DNA of 63,332 bases, counting the filler, from Octopus bimaculoides (Eukaryota), in assembly GCF_001194135.2 (NCBI RefSeq). It is 4 parts of 4 records of this genome, joined end to end, with 100 filler letters (N's around TTAATTAATTAA, not from the genome) between each part and the next. Parts side by side here need not be neighbours in the genome. Positions count along the whole stretch, not along the records: positions 43,056 to 63,332 come from NC_068999.1; 3 more parts are not named here. One strand, given 5' to 3'. Shown in pieces: positions 63,270-63,332 of this stretch (the stretch's first letter is position 1; each line of letters begins with the position of its first letter). A program made the position numbers and the translations under genes. The notes below the pieces were generated by a model. That model was not told the origin of the DNA, did not search any database, and worked only from the letters and a program-made list of their open reading frames with translations.

Positions 63270-63332
<63 letters not shown>
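63270..63332. repeat. (CT)n microsatellite
   Basis: Direct reading. Confidence 0.97.

Overview
Eukaryotic, AT-rich, repeat-dense genomic window with many N gaps. The repeat content suggests an octopus or other coleoid cephalopod genome; this is an inference and I could not run a search. I found no confidently identifiable host protein-coding gene, and nearly all listed ORFs are microsatellite or N-gap artefacts. The window holds about 30 copies of at least four tRNA-derived SINE families, several with clear target-site duplications (TSDs). DNA transposons include two near full-length decayed mariner elements, a mariner fragment, a mariner MITE, a hAT transposase remnant, and an IR/DR-type Tc1 element with one of the mariners inside its left inverted repeat. 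Retroelements include three decayed R4/Dong-like (RLE) LINE pieces, a 5'-inverted RTE LINE insertion with a 14-bp TSD, and a Gypsy integrase fragment inside a HINE/DINE-1-like element. The most interesting signals are: (1) a type I hammerhead ribozyme at 2576-2694, just after a Penelope-like GIY-YIG C-terminus remnant, with a 52-nt multibranch insert in stem II; (2) a second, unrelated extended hammerhead at 63036-63110, plus two decayed minimal motifs; (3) a 386-nt rod-like imperfect hairpin; (4) a twin-priming structure in a non-L1 LINE; (5) repeated SINE insertion into the same target site and interchangeable SINE 3' tails.
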